From an uncultured bacterium (lineage in GTDB: Bacteria; Omnitrophota; Omnitrophia; Omnitrophales; Abzuiibacteriaceae), in the NCBI GenBank assembly GCA_964387845.1, contig CAYLXA010000005.1:140955-204954 (forward strand): DNA of 64,000 bases. Direction: 5' to 3'. Below, piece by piece: positions 20,639-30,314 of this stretch. The notes below the pieces were generated by a model, which searched no databases, was not told where the DNA came from, and saw only the letters and a program-made list of their open reading frames with translations. Made by a program: the position numbers and the translations under genes. Each line of letters opens with the position of its first letter. The first letter of the stretch is position 1.

Positions 20639-20642
20639 AATC

Positions 20643-20984
20643 ATGAAAATCGAAAAGTTTCATATCTACTTAACCGATCTTAATCCGCAAATCGGGACCG
20701 AGCCCGGAAAAATCAGGCCGGTCACCGTGATTCAAACCAACCTGTTAAACAATACCCATCCCAGCACGATTATTTGCCCGATGACGACCAAAGTGGTCAG
20801 GCAGGCAAGGATTTTAAGGGTTCATGTTTCTTCTGCTGAATCGGGACTGAACACAGCTTCTGATATCCTGGTAGATCAAATTCGGGCTATTGATAATCGG
20901 CGGCTTAGGAAACATATTGGAAAGCTGACCTCCCCGCAGGCGAAAGAGCTTCTGGCCAATCTTAAACTTTTAATCTTAGAATAA
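20643..20984 (+). CDS. MazF/PemK-family endoribonuclease toxin
   Basis: IYLTDLNPQIGTEPGKIRPVTVIQTNLLNN...IICPMTTK matches the PemK/MazF core. Confidence 0.75.
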   Translation: MKIEKFHIYLTDLNPQIGTEPGKIRPVTVIQTNLLNNTHPSTIICPMTTKVVRQARILRVHVSSAESGLNTASDILVDQIRAIDNRRLRKHIGKLTSPQAKELLANLKLLILE

Positions 20985-21034
20985 TCATTCCGTTTTGGTA
21001 TAATATGGTTGTTTTTAACTGTTAAAGACCGCTT

Positions 21035-22978
21035 ATGTCCATTACGCAATCAACCACGGCCAAACTCCGAATTATTAGTTTCGAAAGCCGTCTGTCCTCA
21101 ACCATGACAGAGCTGATCCACAAAGCCGGCCATGCGCCTATCGCGGCGCCGGCACTGCAGGAAATCCCGCTCGAGAAAAATCCCGAAGCGTTTCAATTAG
21201 GGGAGCGGCTCCTCAATCACGAAATTGATTTCATGATCTTTCTAACGGGTGTCGGCACAAAAGCGCTCTTTGAAACCTTGAGAACCCGTTACAACATGAA
21301 ACAAATCATTGCGGCCTTGAATCAAACCATCATTGTTGCGCGAGGCCCGAAGCCGGTTCAGGTTTTGCAAGATTACGGAATCATGGTTTCGGTCCTGGTG
21401 CCGGAGCCCAATACCTGGCGCGACATTTTGGAAGTTTTAGACTCAGACGAGCATAGCATTTCTCTGATGAAAAGGACTGTCGCGGTCCAAGAATACGGAG
21501 AGGAAAATCCGCAGCTCATCGCCGGATTGGTGGAGCGCGGCGCGCGCGTAATCCGGGTTCCCGTCTACCGGTGGGCGCTGCCGGATGATACCAAGCCGCT
21601 AAAAAATGCGATTCGGACCATCATCGAACACAACGCGGACGCGGTGCTCTTCACAAACTCGGTGCAGGTCAATCATTTATTTCGGCTGGCCTCGGAAATA
21701 GGCCTTGAAAGGCATTTAAAACAGGCCTTTGCCAAAATGGTGATCGCTTCCGTCGGCCCTCATTGTTCTCAAGCGATTGTTGAGCATGGGCTTTCCGTTG
21801 ATATCCAGCCCGAGACGCCGAACATGGAGTCGCTCGTCTTGGAAGTGTCAAAACGCGCGAAGGCCATTTGGGATGAGAAGCAATTACATGAAAGCAAACT
21901 CATGGATTCCGGCATCCGAATGGAATCAGAAAGAGTCCAAAAAAAGGAATTGGTGGAAAGCGTATTTTTAAAAGCGTGCCGGCTTGAAAAAACATCTCAC
22001 ACACCGGTTTGGCTGATGCGCCAAGCAGGGCGCTACATGAAAGAATACCGGCAGCTGCGTGAAAAAATGCCCTTTCTGGAACTTTGCAAAAACCCATCAC
22101 TGTGTGCAGAGGTTACAATTCATGCCCAGGAAACCATCGGAGCGGACGCTGCTATTATTTTTTCGGATATCCTGCTTTTGGTACAGCCGTTTGGCCTGGG
22201 CCTTGAGTATTCGCGGGAAGACGGGCCCGTGATTGACAATGTTATTCACCGCGGATCGCGCATCGATGAACTTCCCGAGATCGAACCGGCCGATTCGCTC
22301 GGATTTGTATATGAAGCGATCCGAAAAACGCGCGAGAATCTGCAGTCCAACATTCCGCTGATCGGGTTTGCCGGAGCACCGTTTACGCTGGCGTCTTACA
22401 TGATTGAAGGCGGCTCATCAAAAGATTTTAGGCGCACAAAGCTATTCATGTATTCCGATGAAGGCCAGTGGCGCGCACTGATGGAAAAATTGGCACGCGC
22501 CGTATCGAAACATCTCAAGGCGCAAATTGAGGCCGGTGCTCAGGCGGTTCAGCTTTTTGACAGCTGGGTCGGTTGTTTAGGCCCCGGCGATTATAAAAAA
22601 TATGTACAGCCGTACTCCAAACAGGTATTTGATTCGCTAGAAGGGCTCGCGCCGACCATTCACTTTGGAACCAACACCGGAAATTTGTTGGAGCTCATGA
22701 AAGAGGCGGGCGGTGATGTAATCGGCGTCGATTTTCGGATCACGTTGGACCAGGCTTGGCGAAGAGTGGGATATTCAAAAGCAGTGCAAGGAAATTTGGA
22801 TCCGCTGGTGCTGCAGTCATCGATTCCTTATATTAATCAGCGTGCACAGGAAATTATCAAGCAGGCCTCCGGACGCCCAGGGCACATTTTCAATTTGGGC
22901 CACGGTGTTTTGCCGGATACGCCTGTTGAAAATGTGATCGCGTTGGTGGATATGGTCCACGAACTCAGTGGTAAGTGA
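21035..22978 (+). CDS. hemE: bifunctional uroporphyrinogen-III synthase (N-term) / uroporphyrinogen decarboxylase (C-term)
   Basis: C-terminal 350 aa: TPVWLMRQAGRYMKEYRQLREK... is the HemE signature; N-terminal 270 aa HemD-like (two-lobed flavodoxin-like; weaker); single ORF of 647 aa. Confidence 0.7.
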   Translation: MSITQSTTAKLRIISFESRLSSTMTELIHKAGHAPIAAPALQEIPLEKNPEAFQLGERLLNHEIDFMIFLTGVGTKALFETLRTRYNMKQIIAALNQTIIVARGPKPVQVLQDYGIMVSVLVPEPNTWRDILEVLDSDEHSISLMKRTVAVQEYGEENPQLIAGLVERGARVIRVPVYRWALPDDTKPLKNAIRTIIEHNADAVLFTNSVQVNHLFRLASEIGLERHLKQAFAKMVIASVGPHCSQAIVEHGLSVDIQPETPNMESLVLEVSKRAKAIWDEKQLHESKLMDSGIRMESERVQKKELVESVFLKACRLEKTSHTPVWLMRQAGRYMKEYRQLREKMPFLELCKNPSLCAEVTIHAQETIGADAAIIFSDILLLVQPFGLGLEYSREDGPVIDNVIHRGSRIDELPEIEPADSLGFVYEAIRKTRENLQSNIPLIGFAGAPFTLASYMIEGGSSKDFRRTKLFMYSDEGQWRALMEKLARAVSKHLKAQIEAGAQAVQLFDSWVGCLGPGDYKKYVQPYSKQVFDSLEGLAPTIHFGTNTGNLLELMKEAGGDVIGVDFRITLDQAWRRVGYSKAVQGNLDPLVLQSSIPYINQRAQEIIKQASGRPGHIFNLGHGVLPDTPVENVIALVDMVHELSGK

Positions 22979-23075
22979 TAAGTGGTAAGTGGTAAGTTTG
23001 GATGAACCAGTCAAACTTGATTAAAATTTTATTTTTACTTATCACTTACAACTTACAACTTACAACTTAAAACTG
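22967..23075. repeat. hairpin element, GTAAGT(G/A) class
   Basis: agtggtaagtgataagtggtaagtggtaag ... cttatcacttacaacttacaacttacaacttaaaactgg; covers the last 4 codons of hemDE and ends 7 nt before hemY. Confidence 0.75.
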
Positions 23076-23081
23076 GAAAAT

Positions 23082-24524
23082 ATGCCTAAAATCGCGATTA
23101 TCGGCGGCGGAATATCAGGGCTTTCCTGCGCGTACCGTTTGCTCGAACTTGCAAAAGAATTCGGAAAAGAGCTTGAAGTCCGGATTTTTGAACGTGGTGA
23201 CCGGTTGGGCGGTACGATCGAGACTGAAATCCGCGATGGTTTTGTTCTGGAGAAAGGCCCTGATTCTTTTATCTCCGAAAAACCAGCCGCGGTCGAGCTT
23301 GCAAAAAAACTTCGCATTGAAAACTTCCTGATCAATACCCGGAGCGAAAACCGGAAAAGTTTTATCCTGAAAAACGGAAAACTTTTTCCCGTTCCGCCCG
23401 GTTTTTATTTAATCGCACCCACGCAGGCATTGGAGTTTATGAAGTCTCCGCTCTTGTCATTTCCCGCCCGGTGCCGCGCCATGGCGGAGATTTTTATTCC
23501 AAAGCGCGTCAGCGAAAATGACGAAAGCATCGGTTCGTTTGTCCGCAGGCGGTTCGGCGATGAAATGCTTGAACGGATCGGACAGCCGATGATCGGCGGA
23601 ATTTACACCGGCGATCCGGACCGCTTAAGTCTTCTGTCCACCATGCCGAGATTTCGTGATTTGGAAAAAAAATCCGGAAGCGTGATTAAAGGAATGTTGG
23701 CCGCAATGTCGCGAACAGAAACCGGTGTTTCAGAAGCGAGCGGCCCGCGTTACAGTTTGTTTTTGTCGTTTAAAAACGGAATGGAAACTCTGGTCAGCTC
23801 GCTCATGAGCCAGATTCCGTACAATTTTGTGCAGTTTGAATCCAAGCTGACCGAGATTGATTACAGTTTTGAAAAACAGGCGTGGTTTGTTGAAATGCAA
23901 AACGGGGAGGTGTATGAAGCAGATGCAGTTTGTGTGGCGGCATCGGCTCGGACGGCTGCGCAGCTTTTTGCGAATTCTTTTCCCGATTTGTCGCGCAAGC
24001 TCAACCGGATCCGGTTTGAATCCGTGGCGACCATCAATTTTGCATTCAAACGGGACCAAATCCGTCATCTGCTCGATGGATTCGGTTTTGTCGTACCCAA
24101 AATCGAGAAAAGGCCTCTTGTGGCCTGTTCCTTCAGTTCTCAGAAGTTTGAAGGCCGCGCACCCAATGACTGCGTTTTGCTTCGGGCGTTTACGGGCGGC
24201 GCGTTCGGGCGCGAATATTATCAAATGGAAGATAAAGATCTGATTAGCGCGGTTGCCCGTGATTTGGCAGAACTGCTCGGTATTCAAGGGGATGCGCTCT
24301 TTTATGATTTGGCCCGGTATCCAAATGCGATGGTTCAGTATGAAGTAGGGCATCTTGAGTTGGTCGGATCGATTCAATCAGATATCAACGAGATGAAGGG
24401 ACTTTTTCTAACCGGTTCTTCATTCAAAGGGGTCGGAATTCCGGACTGTATTGCGGATGCTTTTAAGCAGGCGGAAGCCATGTTTGCGCTTTTGAGCCAG
24501 AAATGCGAAAGCATCAAGTCTTGA
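23082..24524 (+). CDS. hemY: protoporphyrinogen/coproporphyrinogen oxidase (HemY family)
   Basis: IAIIGGGISGLSCAYRL FAD-binding Rossmann fold, amine oxidase fold throughout, 480 aa. Confidence 0.8.
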   Translation: MPKIAIIGGGISGLSCAYRLLELAKEFGKELEVRIFERGDRLGGTIETEIRDGFVLEKGPDSFISEKPAAVELAKKLRIENFLINTRSENRKSFILKNGKLFPVPPGFYLIAPTQALEFMKSPLLSFPARCRAMAEIFIPKRVSENDESIGSFVRRRFGDEMLERIGQPMIGGIYTGDPDRLSLLSTMPRFRDLEKKSGSVIKGMLAAMSRTETGVSEASGPRYSLFLSFKNGMETLVSSLMSQIPYNFVQFESKLTEIDYSFEKQAWFVEMQNGEVYEADAVCVAASARTAAQLFANSFPDLSRKLNRIRFESVATINFAFKRDQIRHLLDGFGFVVPKIEKRPLVACSFSSQKFEGRAPNDCVLLRAFTGGAFGREYYQMEDKDLISAVARDLAELLGIQGDALFYDLARYPNAMVQYEVGHLELVGSIQSDINEMKGLFLTGSSFKGVGIPDCIADAFKQAEAMFALLSQKCESIKS

Positions 24525-24564
24525 TTCGGGTGATATAATAATTGCCTCAAAATTTGGAGTTACC

Positions 24565-25662
24565 ATGAACCACAAACATCTGATTTTGACAGGCCTCGTA
24601 GCGAGCTTGCTGTTTTCTCCCGCCGTTTTTGCGGCAGAATCGGCTTCAGCGCCGTCAATCCAAGCGAATCCAAGTTCGGAAGCTAAAATTCCCCAAGCGC
24701 TCGGAATCGGTTTCGAAGCATACCGGAAAGCGTTGGACGATCTTTTCTTTTTGTCGCTAAAAACCAATCAAAATGCCGATTTCGGTATCAACGAAATCAT
24801 CGTCGGGCTCAACGAAAAAATCAAAACTAATCCCAAGGACCAGGAATCGCTGGCTTATCTGGGCCACATTTACCGGATTTTAAACCAACCGCGCGAAGCC
24901 AACCGGTTTTACCAAAAAGCGCTTGCGCTTGGGGCAGACAAATTCCAGCTCAACTCATTTTCGGGCGTCATGCTGCTCCAGCTTCAGGATTTTGAAAAAT
25001 CCATGGAAGCGCTCAGTCATTCGTTGGAGCTAAACCCGAACGACAGCGACATCTGGGTTCTCTACGGCCGTGCGCTTTTGTATTTGCAGGATTTTGACAA
25101 TGCAATCTTGAGTTATGAAAAAGCGTTTAGCCTGGCTCCGCAGAGCGAAGAAGCCGCGCTTGCGCTTGTCACCATTTATGAACGCCAGAAAAAATACGAT
25201 GAAGCAGTACGCGTGCTTGAGAATTTCCTGAAAGCGGTTCCGGACCATAAGATGGCGCAATTTCATCTCGGCGTTGTTCATTTGTCTCAGAAGCAGCCCG
25301 AGCGCGCCGTTCAGGATTGGGAAACGCTTTATTATGCCGGCGTCCGCGAGCCGCAATTTTTGCTTAATTTGTCGGTTGCCTATCTGGAAGCGGGTGAGTC
25401 GGCAAAATCTCAGAAAATTTTGGAACATCTCCAGTTTTTCTTTCCGAGAAACACCGATCTTTTATTTCTAACGGCGGAAGCAAACCGTCAAATGAACCGC
25501 CTGGACGACTCGGCACGAAATTATCGAAAAGCAATTGCAGAAGACCCGTCTTTCATGAGCGCCCATATCGGTTTGGCGCAGGTTTTGAAGGAAATGGGGA
25601 AGGACAAGGAAAGCCAGAAAATCCTACAGAAAACAGCGGAGCGTTTTCGCGACGAGTCATAA
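24565..25662 (+). CDS. TPR-repeat protein with signal peptide
   Basis: N-terminal signal, multiple 34-aa TPR-like repeats (YQKALALGAD, YEKAFSLAPQ, YRKAIAEDPS). Confidence 0.7.
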   Translation: MNHKHLILTGLVASLLFSPAVFAAESASAPSIQANPSSEAKIPQALGIGFEAYRKALDDLFFLSLKTNQNADFGINEIIVGLNEKIKTNPKDQESLAYLGHIYRILNQPREANRFYQKALALGADKFQLNSFSGVMLLQLQDFEKSMEALSHSLELNPNDSDIWVLYGRALLYLQDFDNAILSYEKAFSLAPQSEEAALALVTIYERQKKYDEAVRVLENFLKAVPDHKMAQFHLGVVHLSQKQPERAVQDWETLYYAGVREPQFLLNLSVAYLEAGESAKSQKILEHLQFFFPRNTDLLFLTAEANRQMNRLDDSARNYRKAIAEDPSFMSAHIGLAQVLKEMGKDKESQKILQKTAERFRDES

Positions 25663-25680
25663 AGTCAGGAGAGTTTTCTC

Positions 25681-26076
25681 ATGGCCATGATCGGTTACAA
25701 AGAAGAACCCGAGAAGCGTAAATTTCCCAGAACCAAAAAACAGTTCATCATCCGCTATCGCGCGTTTAAAGGTGCCGAATATGAAGGCGGATGGAGCCCG
25801 GCAACCACCCAGGATATTAGCGAGGAGGGCTGTTATTTCACTGCAACCGCGCCTTTTGAAAAAGAAGCCCACATCGAAATATTGATGAAAATTCCGGCAT
25901 CACGCGACGATCTTAGGTTTGTTGCCGAAGTTCGGCATTGCACCCAGCTATCGGCTAGAGCGATGGAGGTTTACGGGATCGGCGTCCAGTTTCAGCGCGT
26001 GGGTTCTTCGAATTTATCGATGGCGGTTTTGAAGTCTTACCTGGACAAAGTTATTCCTGCCAAAAACTCAGCGTGA
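25681..26076 (+). CDS. PilZ-domain protein
   Basis: [12 protein letters not shown]...DISEEG: RxxxR and DxSxxG c-di-GMP-binding motifs. Confidence 0.6.
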   Translation: MAMIGYKEEPEKRKFPRTKKQFIIRYRAFKGAEYEGGWSPATTQDISEEGCYFTATAPFEKEAHIEILMKIPASRDDLRFVAEVRHCTQLSARAMEVYGIGVQFQRVGSSNLSMAVLKSYLDKVIPAKNSA

Positions 26077-26997
26077 CGATTCGTTCGGCACGATTTTTTG
26101 CAATTCCTGCGGCAATTTTGCTTCAAATACTTTTTTTTCCTTCGTGACCGGGTGTTCCATGGTCAGCCGAAAAGCATGAAGCGCCAGGCGTCCGGCCGGA
26201 TTGGTTTTAGCGCCGTATTTTTCATCACCGACAATCGGGTGCCCCAAGTCAGCCAAGTGAACGCGGATCTGGTTTTTCCGGCCTGTTTCGAGCGTGACTT
26301 CCAAAAGCGCCCGTTCGCGGTTTGACTTCACCGTTTGATATTTTGTGACTGAAAATTTGGAAGCCGGATTCGGCCGTCCGGAAAAAACACGTTGAAATTT
26401 GTCTTCGCTTAGAAAGCTTTTGATCGTTCCGAATTTCCTTTTCGGACATCCTTCCACAATCGCGTAATATTTTTTATCAATCGATTTCCAATTTTCCTGA
26501 AGCCATTCTCGGATTTTTTCGGATTTTGCGAACAATAAAATTCCGGATGCGTTCCGGTCCAGCCGGTGCGCAATCACGGCGCGCGTTTTTCCGGAAGAAT
26601 CGCGGCGTTTCAGAAATTCGTTCAACTGATGATCGGCCGTCTGTGTTTTGATTTTGTCTGTCGCGACGCTCAGGAGCCCGGAAGGCTTGTTGATGACGAG
26701 GATCGAATCGTCTTCGTAAATAATTTCTAATTTTGAGGCGATTTTTTTGGCATGATGAAATTCCGGTTTCGACGACGATTCGGTGACGCTGATTTTATCG
26801 CCGGGTGAAACTTCCCAGTTGTAGCGTGTATTGACCTGACCGTTGACGGAAATCTGCCCGCGTTCCAAGAGTTTCTTTAGCTTGCTCCGGGAATAACCTG
26901 CTGCATGGGTAGTTAAATATTCTAAAAGCTTTCCGGATGAGCGGACGGCAACGGTAAACATGACGTGCATCATAGTGGATTTAAAGGGAACGGTCAA
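26068..26997 (-). CDS. RluA-family 23S rRNA pseudouridine synthase (S4 domain plus catalytic domain)
   Basis: [16 protein letters not shown] catalytic Asp motif; N-terminal S4 RNA-binding domain. Confidence 0.8.
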   Translation of the reverse strand: MTVPFKSTMMHVMFTVAVRSSGKLLEYLTTHAAGYSRSKLKKLLERGQISVNGQVNTRYNWEVSPGDKISVTESSSKPEFHHAKKIASKLEIIYEDDSILVINKPSGLLSVATDKIKTQTADHQLNEFLKRRDSSGKTRAVIAHRLDRNASGILLFAKSEKIREWLQENWKSIDKKYYAIVEGCPKRKFGTIKSFLSEDKFQRVFSGRPNPASKFSVTKYQTVKSNRERALLEVTLETGRKNQIRVHLADLGHPIVGDEKYGAKTNPAGRLALHAFRLTMEHPVTKEKKVFEAKLPQELQKIVPNESSR

Positions 26998-27061
26998 TTT
27001 GCCTTATGGCTTGGTTTTGATTCATGTGTTAAAATACTTCTGTTCGCATCTTGAGGGATTT

Positions 27062-27874
27062 ATGAAGAAAAGTTTTGTTTTAGTCATCCTATTATCTGCA
27101 TGTTTGATTTCACCTGTCCTCTTTGCCGATGATGAAAACCCCGTCCGAGCCGAGTTGATCTCCGAAGTTAAATCAGTTCAGCCCGGGCATCCGTTTTGGG
27201 TTGCGATCCATTTTAAAATGGATGAAGGCTGGCATACTTATTGGAAAAACCCGGGCGAAGTCGGGCTTCCCAACAAAGTGAAGTGGGATTTACCCGAAGG
27301 ATTCGAAGCCGGGAAACTCAAATGGCCTTATCCGGAAAAGATCATGGAAGGCGACATTGCCGCATTTGCTTACGAGGGCGAGGTGCTTTTGCTTAGCGAA
27401 ATCAAAACACCGGCTTCGATTGAGGGCCCGGAAGTGACGCTTAAAGCAGAAGTCGGTTGGTTGGCTTGCAAAGAAATTTGCTTGCCGGGAGAGGCAAGCG
27501 TGACGCTTTCACTTCCGGTTACCGCTGAAACACCCGAAGCAGACGAGCGCAATAAAGACCTATTCTCTGTAACCCGCTCGCATTTGCCTGTAACGGAGCC
27601 TGCTTGGGGTGTGAAAGTCGAAAGCAGTTGGGGTAAATTCAAGCTGCAATTTGCCGCGCTTGCGCAGCTGGAGAGTGCCGAATTTTTCCCGATCGAGAAA
27701 CGAGTCGTTGAGCTTAGCGCTAATCAGGATTTCAAAAAAACAAAAGAAGGTTATGAGTTAATGTTGGTGCGCGCAAAAGATTTTGATAAATCAATCAAAC
27801 AATTTCAGGGCGTTTTGGTGGTCCGGGGCATTGGAGCGGATGCGAAGGCGATCTGGGTTGACGTTAACCTTTAA
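27062..27874 (+). CDS. DsbD N-terminal-domain-like periplasmic thiol-disulfide protein
   Basis: Signal peptide MKKSFVLVILLSACLISPVLFA; HPFWVAIHFKMDEGWHTYWKNPGE...LACKEICLPGE resembles the DsbD-alpha/DsbC-like disulfide reductase domain; track ORF start 26960 is an in-frame upstream extension. Confidence 0.55.
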   Translation: MKKSFVLVILLSACLISPVLFADDENPVRAELISEVKSVQPGHPFWVAIHFKMDEGWHTYWKNPGEVGLPNKVKWDLPEGFEAGKLKWPYPEKIMEGDIAAFAYEGEVLLLSEIKTPASIEGPEVTLKAEVGWLACKEICLPGEASVTLSLPVTAETPEADERNKDLFSVTRSHLPVTEPAWGVKVESSWGKFKLQFAALAQLESAEFFPIEKRVVELSANQDFKKTKEGYELMLVRAKDFDKSIKQFQGVLVVRGIGADAKAIWVDVNL

Positions 27875-27941
27875 CTCCGGGGCCCATGTCTCGGAGCAAT
27901 AACCGGATTGAAACTCGAGGTTTCGATTCATTGGAGGAATT

Positions 27942-28547
27942 ATGAAAAAGTTATTTTGGGTTCTTTTGCTGGCATTGTGCGCGGGATTTTCAGCCCATTT
28001 GTTTGCGGCTGCGGAAGTCGGCCAGCCGGCTCCGGATTTTTCACTGACGGATTCATCGGGCACAACGCATACGCTGTCGGAACATAAAGGAAAGTTTGTC
28101 GTGCTGGAATGGGTCAATTACGACTGCCCGTTTGTCAAAAAACATTACAGTGTCGGCAATATGCAAAATTTACAGAAAGAATTCACCGGAAAAGGCGCTG
28201 TGTGGTTCTCGATCAATTCTTCTGCGCCCGGCAAGCAGGGCAATTTCTCAGCCGAAGAAATTAATCAAAAAATCGCAGAGAGCGGCGCTGCCCCTTCGGC
28301 TTATTTAATGGATCAAACAGGCGATACGGGAAGAGCTTATGGCGCTAAAACAACGCCGCATATGTTTGTTGTGGATCCGCAAGGTGTTTTGATTTACAAA
28401 GGCGGCATTGATGATAAGCCGTCAACCGATTCGGCGGATATCGCGGGCTCCAAAAATTATGTTTCCGCGGCGCTGAATGAAGCCATGGCAGGGAATGCCG
28501 TGACCAATGCGAGCACCGATTCGTACGGCTGTTCCGTGAAGTATTAA
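27942..28547 (+). CDS. secreted redoxin (AhpC/TSA or TlpA-like thioredoxin fold)
   Basis: Signal peptide; APDFSLTDSSGTTHTLSEHKGKFVVLEWVNYDCPFVKKHY has a single active-site Cys. Confidence 0.6.
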   Translation: MKKLFWVLLLALCAGFSAHLFAAAEVGQPAPDFSLTDSSGTTHTLSEHKGKFVVLEWVNYDCPFVKKHYSVGNMQNLQKEFTGKGAVWFSINSSAPGKQGNFSAEEINQKIAESGAAPSAYLMDQTGDTGRAYGAKTTPHMFVVDPQGVLIYKGGIDDKPSTDSADIAGSKNYVSAALNEAMAGNAVTNASTDSYGCSVKY

Positions 28548-28812
28548 AGCAAAACCATCATTGCGAGCCGCATTGTTTGTTGGCGAAGCAATCTCAGCTC
28601 GATTTATTTCTCTCCGCTTTCTTGCGCGCGATGATTTTTAGCCGATCGGGCTAAACAAAAATCATCGTGCTCAGCCCATTCAGAAAGATTGAGCCATTCA
28701 ATCTTTCCTCATGATGGCGCTCCGAGAAACAATTTGAGCTTCGATGTTTATAAAAGCTTCCTGAAGGGCGAAATGTTTTGTTAATACAAATTTAACATGG
28801 TACTTTTAAAGG

Positions 28813-29667
28813 GTGCTTGAGCAAAAATACAAAAACGTGATTACAGCTTATTTGGATACTAGTGTTTACAATAAAATCTTAAATTCGGACGCAAATGAAA
28901 TCGAACGGTTAATCGAGAGTTGTGTTCGAGAAAAGAAAGTAATTATCAGGGCCTCGCTTTTGAATGCTCAAGAAATATTGTTGGCAGATGCAGAAAGTAA
29001 AAGAAAACTTTTCTCGCTTGCAAGAAAAATAACCCATAATCTTGTTTATGAAGAAACCCGTAATATTTTGAAGTTGGATTTTGATAGTTTTTTAAGAATT
29101 AAGACACAACATCAAAATATATATTCCACAGCTAATTGGTACTCATTTTTAGAGAAAGGAACCGCTGGTAATTTTGATCAAATGTATGGCGATATTAAGA
29201 AAGATAGCTCATATCATCAATACAAACCTGTATTCTTAAGCGAAATCAAAGAAGCTTGTGAGAAGGCAGATAAATTTTCTGATCGAAATTTAAGATTCTC
29301 GAAAGTAAAATTGCTATCACAAAAATCAGATATACAATTTTTGTCTGGTCTTTTACGGTTATTTTACCCAGCAGAATATATTTCGGATTTGGTCAAATTG
29401 ATTGATCTAAGAAAAATGCCACGATTGCGCTACGTGGTAAAATTTTTGTTACATACCATGGAACTGCATCTAACTGGCGGATTAAAACCAAAGTGGGGAG
29501 ATAATACCGATATGCAGCATGTTATATACGCTTCTGATAATAAATATTTTGTTACCGCCGACAAAAATTTTTTATCTCTCTTGCAGGGAATTAGTAACGA
29601 AGATACTAAATTTTTAATGTATGATGATTTCGCCAAAGAAATCAGTAGTCAATCTAAGTGGTTCTAA
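28813..29667 (+). CDS. hypothetical protein in AT-rich island, possible divergent PIN-like fold
   Basis: N-term ITAYLDTSVYNKIL and C-term HVIYASDNKYFVTADKNF resemble first and last PIN strands; GC content is far below the flanks; GTG start. Confidence 0.4.
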   Translation: MLEQKYKNVITAYLDTSVYNKILNSDANEIERLIESCVREKKVIIRASLLNAQEILLADAESKRKLFSLARKITHNLVYEETRNILKLDFDSFLRIKTQHQNIYSTANWYSFLEKGTAGNFDQMYGDIKKDSSYHQYKPVFLSEIKEACEKADKFSDRNLRFSKVKLLSQKSDIQFLSGLLRLFYPAEYISDLVKLIDLRKMPRLRYVVKFLLHTMELHLTGGLKPKWGDNTDMQHVIYASDNKYFVTADKNFLSLLQGISNEDTKFLMYDDFAKEISSQSKWF

Positions 29668-29721
29668 GAATATAAAAATAGGGTAGAAAGCTACAGTCGC
29701 TTTTTTTTGTAGACCGCTATA

Positions 29722-30093
29722 ATGTTAAATAATCTACAGCTCAAACTCATTTTCTCTAAAACCAAAGGCCATTGTCATTTTTGTGGCGACAAACTACGGT
29801 TTGATCGATACGGAAACCGAAGCGCAAAATCCTTAGATGGTATGTGGGAATTGGATCATATAATTCAGAGGGGCAAAGGCGGAAAGGATGAAATTAATAA
29901 TTTTCTTCCGGCTTGCGCACGTTGTAATCAGCTCAGATGGCATCGCAAGGGAAAGCAGCTTCGAGAATTGATTTTCTTAGGTTTAATAGCAAAAGTAGAA
30001 ATTAAAAAACATTCGCCTACAGGTAAACAAATTCTCTTGCTTAGGAAGAAGCGAATAGCTTCCAACCAAAAGCGCAGACGACTTTTTTTATAG
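29722..30093 (+). CDS. HNH endonuclease
   Basis: HCHFCGDKL...WELDHIIQRGKGGKDEINNFLPACARCN: HNH with two CxxC zinc knuckles. Confidence 0.8.
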   Translation: MLNNLQLKLIFSKTKGHCHFCGDKLRFDRYGNRSAKSLDGMWELDHIIQRGKGGKDEINNFLPACARCNQLRWHRKGKQLRELIFLGLIAKVEIKKHSPTGKQILLLRKKRIASNQKRRRLFL

Positions 30094-30314
30094 AGAAGGA
30101 AGAATCTCCTGTTGCGGGAGCGGCGTCGAGAGAACGAGCGTCAGACCGACGCGAGTGAACGAGCCGCAGTGAGTAAGGATGATTCTGCTTTGGCAGGCCG
30201 CCAAGAATCATCCGACGGAGCGTAGCGAAGCAATAGGAGATTCTGACCTTGAGCGTAGATTGCTTCAGCACCAAATAATGCGCTTTCCTCCATAAAGCAT
30301 GGCGGACAAGCGCA

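Noticed and set aside
25660-25682. One-nucleotide coordinate disagreement between the printed line numbering and the ORF track near the TPR/PilZ junction
   Set aside because: Likely a local numbering artefact; ORF-track coordinates were used for features in that stretch, and self-derived coordinates may be off by 1-2 nt
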